The notes below the pieces were generated by a model. That model searched no databases and was not told where the DNA came from. It was given only the letters and a program-made list of their open reading frames with translations. Below, piece by piece: positions 50,206-62,200 of a stretch of 64,000 bases of DNA (position 1 is its first letter; each line of letters begins with the position of its first letter). The translations under genes were made by a program, and so were the position numbers. The stretch covers positions 83,152 through 147,151 of the forward strand of contig CAZMID010000001.1 in assembly GCA_964566255.1 (NCBI GenBank). The letters are read 5' to 3'. Origin of the DNA: an uncultured Planctomycetia bacterium (GTDB lineage Bacteria; Omnitrophota; Gorgyraeia; Gorgyraeales; Gorgyraeaceae).

Positions 50206-53200
50206 TTATTCTTCTATTGTCTCTATAATTCCTGTATCCATTTCTGCGGTTTCTGATGATACCATCCAAGTTGTCTGCACTGGTGCATCATTTCCTTGTT
50301 CTATAATATCCCTTACAAGATCAACTCCTGCTTTAACTTCTTCCTGCTTCTCTTGAATATACTTTCTATCACTCTTTCCTTCTTCTACGATCTTACCCAT
50401 ATTTCCTAAATCAACTCCTACCTGGCTAGTAACATTGTCAAATGCCTTACTGATATTAGCAAGGGCTGAAGATATACTCTGATTAAGCTCACTGGATATA
50501 GAATCTACTTCACTAGCCATACTAGTCAAGCCACCTAAAGCACCACTTAATGTTGCCAGTGATGACTCAAGAGTAGCTATAGTTGCAGCTGCAGATGCTA
50601 AGCTAGCTGTATCTATACCTGATACTGAACCCATAACAGCAGTGATATTAGAACTAATTGTTTCAAGATCTGCACTTATTGCCGCAACCGCTATTACATC
50701 AGTTGTGCCGTTAGATCCACTACATACAATACTATACAATCCTTCATCATCAGTTTCAAAATCATACGTATATATCCCTGTAGTCCCTACCTCTGACATT
50801 GAAGCAGCGCTTACTACTGTCTCCTCATCTGCATCATAAATACTTACAGTACAAGTAATGCCTGAAGTGGTCCTATATCTTATTTGGAAGGTATCTCCTG
50901 CCTCAAAATTAGTATATTCATTTATGATACGCGCACTTGCCTGCTTAGTTACAGCACTTGTTATGCTTGATTGCGATGAAGTAACAGCACTGGCTATAGT
51001 GGACTGTGAAGTAGTAATCGCTGTAGCTGTCGAGGCAGTGCCTGCTGTTATTGCAGCTTGAGTTGTGCTAGCGCTTGCTGTTACTGCGGCTTTGGTCAAT
51101 GTAGCTTGACTAGCTACTGTAGTCGCTAGTGAAGTTGTGCTGGCTGTTAACCTACTAACTATTGAATCTCCTCCACTTAACATATCAGCATCTGACATAC
51201 CAAACGCCCTATTAATCCTATACATCGTCATTGCTTCAGTAATATCAATTATATTCATATTCCAATGATAAGTACCTTCGTATTCAGCTCTTACCCTGGC
51301 TGAATATCTTGTACCTTCCTCAAGGTATCCATCAGCCCTTACATCTTCCCATACTGCCAGGAATTCTCCTGTAGTATTTAGCGTTGTAGTAGCAGTAGTA
51401 GATGTAAGCACTTCTGTATTACCATCAAATATCTGCACATAAAACTCAGTTACTCCTACTATACTATTATCCTCATCATTCTTAGGAATTAGGTTTTCTT
51501 GTTCCCTTAACCGAGCATTTAAATAAAGCATATCTGTAGAAGGACGATAATAGTGTTCTATTTCAACTGTTCTTTCCTTATTTATCGCTGCAGCATCAAG
51601 TGCTATATTAATCGTTTTATCATTCTCATCTGCCAAAAAGTTCGTAGAACCTGCTAAATAACCATTTCTTGAAACCTCAACACTAAACTGTACATTTGGT
51701 GTAAAGTATTGAGTTGCTGGAGAAACCACACCAGTAAAATCCCCGAATGTTAAACCTGTAGATGAATAATTAATGGTTACTGCAAGAGCTCTAAGGTGTC
51801 CGACAAGACCAGCAAGATCAGTTACATTTAACGTTGCTGCATAATAACTATTTGTAAAATCCCTAGTACCATAAACTGTTGAATCACTAGAATCTACTAT
51901 CTTAAAAGAAATAGCCTTGGGTGTATTATCGTTATTGACTGCATCAGGAGAACTCCATGAGTAGCTTCCATCATTAGCTATTTCACTATCTGCATATCCT
52001 TCATCTGTAGACTCTAAGTCTGCCATATTCTTCCAAGTGGTGCCACCGTCAGAACTGTAGAATAAATCTACATTTGCAATGGTTCCTGTTGTAGTCCACT
52101 CAATATCTTGAGCTACTCCAACATAAAATGTTGCATCAGCAGCAGGACTAGTTATAGTTAAAGCACCTTTAATACTAAGATTTGTATCAGAGGTATCATA
52201 TATACTAAGGTTAGAATCATCATATACCCTTACCTTAACTGTATCTGATATATCATCAGGGATATCTGTCCAAGTGTAAGTTCCATCATCTAAAGTAGAA
52301 TCTACTATTAAGGTAGAGCTACTAAAATTATCTGTAGAATATCTTATCTCAACATTGGCCCCTATAGATTCTCCTCTTGAAGTCCATGTAATATCAGTAC
52401 TACCAGCAACTGTCAGGGTATCTCCGCCATTAGGTGCAGTAAGATCTATCCTAGGTGCCGTTATCTCAAACACACCAGATGTTCCAATAACATCATAACC
52501 TGCAGTATCCCACGTCATATCCTGTGCTCTTATCTTAGCTGTATCTGATACTGTAAGATCATTTGGTATCTCCCATGAATAAGTGCCGTCATTGGTTTCA
52601 CCTGTGGCAATATCAACAACATCACCACTAAAAGTGCCACTTGGAGAATACTGTATTTTCATATCATCATAACATGTTCCTGCAGTAGACCACTTGATTG
52701 TATTCGTGTCGTTTCTTACCCAGATATTGCCTGCAACAGGTGCAGTAATAGTAATGCTTGCTAAGGAAATAGTAAATACTGCATCAGATGTATCGGATAC
52801 AGTACTGTCACTTGTACTAATTATCTTAATCTTACAATTACTAGAATCTGCTGTTGGTACAGTCCAAGTGTAAGTTCCAGTATTACTAAGACCTGTGACT
52901 ATATCAGTCCAAGTAGAGCCACTATTAGTTGAATATTGTAAGTCAACTTGTGAAACTGTTCCTGTATTTGTCCAGGTAATATCATTAGTTGTACCTACTG
53001 CCCAGTCCTGTCCGCCATTAGGCGCAGTCAATGTAAACTCTGGCTTAATGGAAAACACTGCATCAGAAATATCAAATATCCCTGAATCCTCTGCATCTAC
53101 TATTTTCACTAAACAATTATCCGAAATAGCATCAGGGATAGTCCAGTTATATTGTCCTGTAGCATCATCAAGGCTTCCTCCAACTAATGCATTCCATGTA

Positions 53201-56200
53201 GGAGTCTCCAAATCTCCATCTGTAGCATAATATAACCTTACATTATTAATAACGCCAGTTGTACTCCATTCAATAGGATGCTGTGTTCCAACCTTCCAGG
53301 TTACTGTACTATTAGGAGATGTTACTGCCAGGCTTCCTCGTTTTAAACTAAAAGTACTTGAATCTACATAAGCATATGTAGTACTATCACTAGCATCTGA
53401 TATTCTGACTTTTGCAGTAGTCGTAGAAAGACCTGCTGTTATATTCCAAACTTCAGAATGATCATTTGTAGCGGTATAATCACCTTCGTTAATCTCTGTC
53501 CAACTCCCTGAACCTGTAAGTGAATATTCTATTGTTACAGTATCTGCACTTACCCCTGCAGTAGTCGTCCATCCAATAACATAAGCAGTTCCTGCTGTAA
53601 GAATTATATCTGCTGGAGGAGTAGTAACAGTAAAAGGTGTAGCTATAGTTGTAGCATCAGTAACAGCATATATGTTCGAATCTGAAGAATGTGCTACTTT
53701 TATAAGTACATTAGCACTTGGCGTATTCTCTACTGCCCAAGGCCCATCATCACCTGTACCTGTACCATTATATTCATCATCATTAGTCACAGAAGTTTTA
53801 ATATTAGTCCAGTTAGTTCCTCCATCAATAGAATAAGATATATTCACGCTTGCTACTGTACCAGTAGTAGTCCATCCAATATCATAGGAATTACCGCAAA
53901 TAAAAGTAGTTCTTTCTGTATCTCCACCAGCATCAGTTATTGTAACTGCAGTTAAGCTACCTGCACCTACTGTAAAACTATTATCAGAAATATCATAGAC
54001 ATTTGCCTCATTATCTGCATCAGTTACTTTTATATAGACGTTGTTTGACTGATGTCCACCAGAAGGACTCCATTCATAAGAAGTTCCTGAAGTTGTAGCA
54101 AGTGCTTCACCCCAAACATCTCCTTCTGCACCTGTAGTTGAACAATATACCTTTACATCACCAAGGGTCCCTGTCTTAGTAAATGTAATATTACGAGCTG
54201 TTCCTACAGGCCAGCCTATACCTTCATCATTAGGATAGGTCAGAGCCAACACACCTCTTATATTAAATGTATCTGATAGATCTAATACACTTTCTTCAAC
54301 TGCTCCATTAAGTACTGCAGCTACCTTTATTTTACAATCCTCTGATATAGCATCAGCTACTGTCCAATCATATGTATTAGCCCCATCTGAATTAGCAATA
54401 GCAACAGGTGTTATAAGTGTCCATGTTGGAGTCCCAGCACTTGCATCAGTAGAATACCAGAGTTTTACTTCTGTAATACCACCTGATGATGTCCATGCAA
54501 TCTCAGGAGTAGAATCTACATTGAGTGTTGCACCAGAAGCAGGTGTAGTAATTTCAAAAGTAGGATTAAGTACCCAGTTAGTATTATTGCCTGAATCAAA
54601 ACAATTAGTACCTATACGCTCTGCTGTTAATGTAGAATCCTTTATATCAGCATAGGATACACTTACAGCTGCTGGAGCTAGAGTATGTGTTAGACCAGCT
54701 ATAGGACTACGTATTTGTACTCGGTCTGCTCCGGCTCCTCCTGTAATAGTAAAGGTGCCTGTCATTGTCTGAGTCTCACCTTGTTTAAACTGAAGTACCT
54801 TACCTTCAGAAGTACATGAAAAATTATAGAATGTAAATGGACCGTCTATAATTGAAATACTTCCTGATGTACCTGATATGGTAACGTTTCTGCTGTTATG
54901 AGTGAACGTTCCTGCTGTGAGTGTAAGGTTCCCCTTAACATCCAAAGTATCCTGCAAGGTCCAGGTAGTATCAGCATCATTAAATGTAAGATGATTTAGA
55001 GTCTGGCCTCCTGCTTTAACAGTCTTTGCACCTGTTGAAGAGGTCATATTCACTGTAGATGTACCTGAAGTGAGTGCAATATTAGTAAAATCTAATGATC
55101 CACTACAGTTAATAGTGGAGGACTCCATGTTCATAGCCTGTGTCCCTGTGGGCGTACCTGAATAGGCCTTTGATATATTAGCTATACTATGAGTGCCACC
55201 ATCTAGACGTAAGTCTGCACCATAAGTAATTTGAGCATCATGGCCTAATTTTAAATCTCCGCAACTAAGGTTATTTCCATCTAAATCTATAAAACTATCC
55301 TGTGCAGGTGTCTCATAAAATGCTACAGTATTATTACTAAAGTTCCAATTACCAAGGGCAGTAATGCCTCCCTGAGTAGTAGCTTTAACATATACCTTTC
55401 CTGAAACTAAACTATCAGGAAGCTGGAATGCTATCTGTGATGTAAGGGCTTCAAGATAGATATTTCCTAAGGTACTACTAACTGTAGTTGCTCCTGCTGG
55501 AGAAATCATGCCACTCAATGCTCCATAAAGATATATATCATTTGTAGCGCCTGCTATAGTACCATCTGCAAGAGTCAATTTATTAGCATGGATATCTCCA
55601 TCAAGCGTACTAGTAACACCAGTTGAGGCAAGAACTAAATCATTAATCTTACTTCCTGAATGTTGACAGTTTATAGTTCCACTAGCAGTTTGAGTCCACG
55701 TACCAGTAGAAGTAAGTAGATCTGTTACAGCTGCAGTTGATAGATTTACAAAACTGACTGTCTTTGCATTATCGATAAGTTTTCCTAAAGTTAAAGTAAG
55801 ATTATTACTTACTGTAAGATTCTTCTGCAATGTCCATTCTCCCTCTGAACCATTAACTGTCATATTATAGAAAGAGTTAACTATAGGTATATCGATAGTC
55901 TTTCCACTAGAAGTGCCATTAAATACTACAGTAGAAGTTGCTGGCGTAAAAGTAGTAGCAATAACAAAGCTTCCTGAACAATTAATTGTCTTTGTGCCTG
56001 TTACTGTAGCAGTATCATCAACAGTAAAATCCCCTGTTATGGTAAATGGACCCGCACCACTAAAATTTACAGTATCAAATGTAATATCACCTGTAGTAAA
56101 AGTCTGAGCAGCTGCGCCATTAAGGGTTATTGTAGTAGTCTCAAAATGTGTGAAGGTATTACTAGCACTTACATTCAAATGACGACCAACTAACAAGGTA

Positions 56201-59200
56201 TTAGTATCTACTGTAAAAGTACCACCGCTACCACTAAAAATTAAATCTCTAACGACTGTCATTGAGGTTCCTGCTGTTATTGTGTACTGACGTGTAGATG
56301 TCCCAGATGCAATAAGGTCTCGCCCAACATAAACTGTGTTATTATTATCACTAAATGTACCTTGGGTAAGTGTAAGGTCATTTTCAACCCTTAAATTATT
56401 CGTTGTAGACCAACTACCACTTGCACCATTAAAAATAAGATTATAGAATTTATTTAATGTTGGGCTACCTCCACTATAAACAGGAATATTTACAGTATTA
56501 CCTGAATCTGTAGCAGTAAAAGTAGCACTAGATGTACCAGGTGTAAATTGTGTACTTACAGCAAGGTTTCCACCTAAAGTAAGTGTCTGAGTTGCACCAT
56601 TCATATTCAATGTTGCTATGCTAAAATTTCCTGGTATAGCAATATTAGCATTATCATCTGTCATATTAAGGGTGCCTGTTGATGAACTAACCGTACCATA
56701 AGTAAGGTCCATATCTCCTGCAACTGAAGTAGCACCTGTCCCAAAATTAACATAACCATGGGTGTATTCACCAGGTACATAGAGATTCCCACCGATAGAA
56801 TGTGTACCTGATGAAAATAGAACCTCTCCATAAAGGGCATTTGGATAACTTCCACTATTAAAACCTAACTGTAAATTACCAGTTACTGTAAGATTATTAC
56901 CATTGGTATTAAGCGTAGCCTTTGAACCTGTTCCAGAACTTCCATATATAATAAGGTTCCCACCAACACTCCAATTACCAGTCATAGTAAGGGTGAGATT
57001 ATTAGTCCAGTTATATTGTACATTCCCACCAAAAGTAAGGGCTCCTTGACTTCTGGCAGCATTTATTCGCATACTAACCTCTGAAGAAATAGTAGCACCT
57101 GAGCCTTGAGTAATAAAATTATTTATAGCTGGATTATACAAAGTCACCATTGAACCAGTAATTGTAGAATTTGTTCCTAATATAAGACGTTTGGCACAGG
57201 TTTCAGCTGTCAAAGTCGCTGTTACGCTATTAGCTATTTGATAAGTGCTAAATGTATTAGAGCTTTCTTGTGAATTTGAAACATTACCACTTGCAGTCTG
57301 GTTCCATATACCAGTTGAAGTCAGACGAGACGCCTCATCAGCAATAGTAGCATTCACAAAATTAACTGTTCTTCCATTATCGACAAGCGTTCCATCATTA
57401 ACAATAATAGTCCCTGTTGAAGTAAGGTTTTGACCTCCGGTAGCACTTAATGTAACTGTACCAGTATAACCATCCTGCATACTGAAATTCGTTACTGCAA
57501 GTGCCTGGTTCACTGAGCAATCAGCTGTAGAAGTGCTATTAAATATTACATTATCACTTGCACCTGGAACACTTTCTGTTGACCAGTTACCTGCTGTTGC
57601 AAATAAACCATTTCCTGCACCATTTGTCCAGATAACATCATTGGCTAAGCCAAAATACCAGTTTGTATTATTCCCTGAATTAGTTGATGATATAGTTGCA
57701 ATAGCATTTCCACTGGATGCGTTTGAATCCTGGACATCCAGATAACTCATTCCTACAGCTATGCCTGATAGATTTATATTCCATGCATTTCCTGCAGAAG
57801 TACTATCTAATGTAATAAGATTTCCATCGGCACCTGTAAAGGTAAGATTCCCTGCTACAGTTACAGTCTTACCTGCTACAAAAGTAAGAGGCTTACCTGC
57901 TACAGTACAATTAAGGTTATAGAAAGGTGCTGTATTAAGAGCATCTCCCTCTTTATCATAATCATAGTCGATAATAGAATATATGGTTGCAGCGCCTGCA
58001 GTTGTAAGATTTACTGTAGATGTTCCTACATCAGTAACAGTGGAATACCTAAAATCTACATCCCCTGCTACATTTATAGTACCTGAACCGAAATTAATAT
58101 AACCATGGGTATATTGGCCAGCTGTATAAAGCTTTCCGCCAATAGTATGGGTACCTGATGAAAAAAGAATCTCTCCATAATACTTATCCAGATAAGATAC
58201 ATTATTAAGACCCAAACGTAAATCACCTGTTATTGTAAGGTTATTACCATTGGTATCAAGGGTATTTTTGATCTGTCCGTATCCTCCATATATCCTTAGG
58301 TCTCCACCTACATTCCAATTACCAGTCATAGTAAGTGTTTTATTTCCGCCGGAAACACTTACATTAGATCCAGCAGCAGTAGTTATGGTTCCTTGAGTTA
58401 TATTCGTACCCATATTATACCAAGCAATATTCGAATTAATAGTAGCACCTGAACCCTGAGTAAAAGAATCATTTACAGTAGGAGCCCACAGATAAAGTGT
58501 ACTACCATTAACTGTACTATTAGCACCTAATATAATTCTTTGTGCATAAGTAGCACCTGTTAAAGTGGCGGTCACACCACTAGCCACTTCATAAATATAC
58601 AATGGATAATTGCCGTATGTACTTATTATCGTCCCATCTGCAGTCTGTTTAAAGGTACCAGTTGATGCAATACGATTTGCTTCATGATCAATGGCTAAAT
58701 TTACAAAATTTATTGTCCTTCCATTATCATCAAGAGTTCCATTTTGAAGAGTAATAGTATCAGTTACAGTAAGGTCTTCATCTGCAGTAGGGCTTAATGT
58801 AACTGTCCCTGTATAATCATCATTTAAGGTAAGGTTTGCTATTGTATATGGATCAGTTACTGAACAGTTATCTGTAGAAGCAGAACTGAACATCACTGTA
58901 TCACCTGCACCAGGAACGCTTCCTGTTGACCAGTTGCCTGCACTTGAAAATAAACCATCTCCTGCACCATTTGTCCAGACTGTCTCCCCTGCACTACCAA
59001 AATACCAGTTTGTATTACCTGTTGAATCTGTAGAAGATAATGTTGCAATACCATTACCACTAGATGCATCAGAATCTTTAACATCTAAATAAGCACAATC
59101 TAAGGAATTTCCAGAAAGGTTTAAATTCCATGCAGTACCATCAGAGCTACTACGTAATGTAATATCATTATCTGTTCCAGATGTACCTGTAAGAGTAAGA

Positions 59201-62200
59201 TCATTTGCAATAGTTACAGTCTTCCCCGCCTCAAAGTTAATCTGCTTGTCAGGCTCAGTACAGGTGAGGTTATGGAAAGGTATATTACTAAAATCATCAG
59301 CGTATAAAGTCGCAGTATCTGCGCCTATCAAAGTAACAGTAGAGGTTCCTATAGTAACATCAGAATGACTGAAATCAATATCCCCTCCCACAGATACAGT
59401 GCCTGAGCCTAAATTAATAGTACCTGCTGTATTTGCTCCATGTACATAGAGACTACCTCCTATAGAATGTGTACCAGATGAGAAAAGGATTCCTCCATAT
59501 ATACGGTCCTCGTAAGATGGATGGCTATAACCCAACCGCAAATTATCACTCACTGTAAGAGTATTAGCATTAGTATCAAGAGTGCAAATTGATCCTATAC
59601 CTTCAGTCCAAACTCCATATATAGTAAGATTTCCAGTAATATCCCAATTACCATTCATGGTGATGGTACCAGCATAATCTACCATACTTACATTCCCAGA
59701 AATAGTAAGAGCTCCTAAACTTTTACTGCCAGTAGCAAAAGTAATATTCGAAGAAATTGTAGCACTTGAATCTTGAACAATAAAATTATTTACAGTAGGT
59801 CTTATAAAAATAGTACCGCCAGTAACTGTAGAATTAGCTCCTAAGACAAGTTTTTTGAAATAGCTAGTACCAGATATTGTCCCAGTTACTTCATCAGCCA
59901 ATTCATAATTAAATTTATTACTATGATTTTTTGGATTCGAAACAGTACCGCTTGCTGTCTGGTTCCATATACCAGTAGAAGTTAGGCGGGTTGCTTCATT
60001 GTCAATTGCCACATTTACAAAATTAACAGTCCTTCCATTATCAATTACTTTTCCATTCTGTAAAGTAACAGTGTCACTTACAGTAAGGTTCTGGCCTCCT
60101 GTAGTACTCAAGGAAACTTTCCCTGTTGTAGCATAACTATCTGATGTTGCAAAGTCATCTGCAAGTGTAAGGTTTGCTATTTCATATGATGCACCAGTTA
60201 AAGAACAATTTGCAGTTGAAAAATCACTGTCAAATATTACATTACTGCTTGAAGTTGGTACACTTCCTGTTGACCAGTTAGCAGCAGTTCCAAATAATCC
60301 ATCTCCTGAATTATTAGTCCAGTAGGTGTCATTAGCTGAACCAAAAACCCAACCAGTATTACCTGTAGAATCTGTTGAATTTAGAGTTACAATGTCATCT
60401 CCTGAAGAAGCATTTGAATCCTCAACATCTAAGTAATTCATTCCTGTAGCTGCGCCTGATACATTAAGATTCCATGCAGTATCAGGTGTAGTACTGTCTA
60501 ATGTAATAAGATTTCCATCGGCACCTGTAAAGGTAAGGTTATTTGCTATTGTAACAGTCTTACTTGCTTCAAAAGTAAGAGCCTTACCAGCAGTAGTGCA
60601 TGTCAGGTTATAAAAAGGAGTAGTATTTATATCATCACCGGTTGTACAAGCATACAATCTTGAGTCATCGGTTATAGTAACAGTAGATGTTCCTTCTACA
60701 ACAGTAGCCCTTCTAAAATTAACATTACCTCCTACTGAAATAGTGCCTGATCCTAAATTGAAAGTACCAGCGGTATCTGCATCAGCATAAACATACATAT
60801 TGCCGCCTATGGAATGAGTGCCTGATGAAAAGAGGATCTCACCTAAGTCGCTATTTGCAGTAACAGTTGCATCACCCAGTCGCAAATAACCACTTACTGT
60901 AAGATTATTACCATTGGTATCAAGAGTGGCCTTTGAGCCAGCGGCAGGTCTTCCATGTATCGTAAGGTTCCCTCCAACAGTCCAGTTACCAGTCATGGTA
61001 ACAGTAACACTATCTGCTTCTTTGATATTTAAATCTCCAGAAGTAGTAATAGCACCTTGTGTCCTACTATGATTTAATTGCATATAAACTGTACAAGAAA
61101 TAGTAGTGCCTGTCCCCTGAGTAATACAATCATCAAAAGTAGCCTTAGTGTATGGATATAATTTAAGAATTGAACCACCAGTAATAGTAGAATTATTTCC
61201 TAAGATAAGTCGAGCTGCATGGGTAAGGCCTGTTAAGGTTGCTGTTACACTTGCATCTATTTCAAGTGTACGAATAGGATTTGTATAGTGTGCATTTCTT
61301 ATAGTACCACTTGCTGTTTGTTTAAAAGTGCCATTTGAACTTAATCGTCCGGTTTCATAAGCAATAGAAAGATTTACAATATTTACTTGTCTTGAATTAT
61401 CATTAAATGTTCCATCAGCAATACTAATAGTATCTGTTACAGTAAGGTCCTGATCTGCAGTACCACTTAATGTAACTGTGCCAGTATAACCATCTTGCAT
61501 TGTGAAATTCGCTACTGTAGGTGTTGCACCAGCCAAAGAACAGTCAGCTGTGGAAGCAGAGCTAAACATTGCTGTATCCCCTGCACCAGGTACTGCTCCT
61601 GTTGACCAGTTACCTGCAGTTGAGAACAATCCGTCTCCTCCCGCATTTGTCCAAACTACTTCACCAGCTGATCCAAAATACCAGTTAGTGTTACCTGTTG
61701 AATCTGTAGAAGATATAGTCGCAATAGCATTTCCACTAGATGCATCAGAATTCTTAACGTCTAAATAAGCACAATTTAAGGAATTTCCTGAAAGATTAAG
61801 ATTCCAAGTAGTGGCACCACCTGTTACACTATCTAAAGTTATAAGATTACCATCTGCGCCAGTAAAGGTAAGATCATTGGCAACAGTTACAGTTTTGCCA
61901 TCTTCAAAGTCAATGGTTTGACCAGCTGTAGTAGAGATTAAGTTATAGAAAGGTGCTGTATTAAGAGGATCTCCTCCATCCTTATAAGTATAATCAACTA
62001 TAGAATATATAGTTGGAGTTGCACCTGTCAATGTTACAGTGGAAGTTCCTACAGTAACAGAAGCATATCTAAAATCAATATCTCCTCCCACTGAAACCGT
62101 ACCTGAACCCAAATTAAAATGACCGTGAGTGTATTGGCCTTCTACATAGATCTTTCCACCAATGGAGTGAGTTCCTGATGAAAATAGAATTGCACCCTGA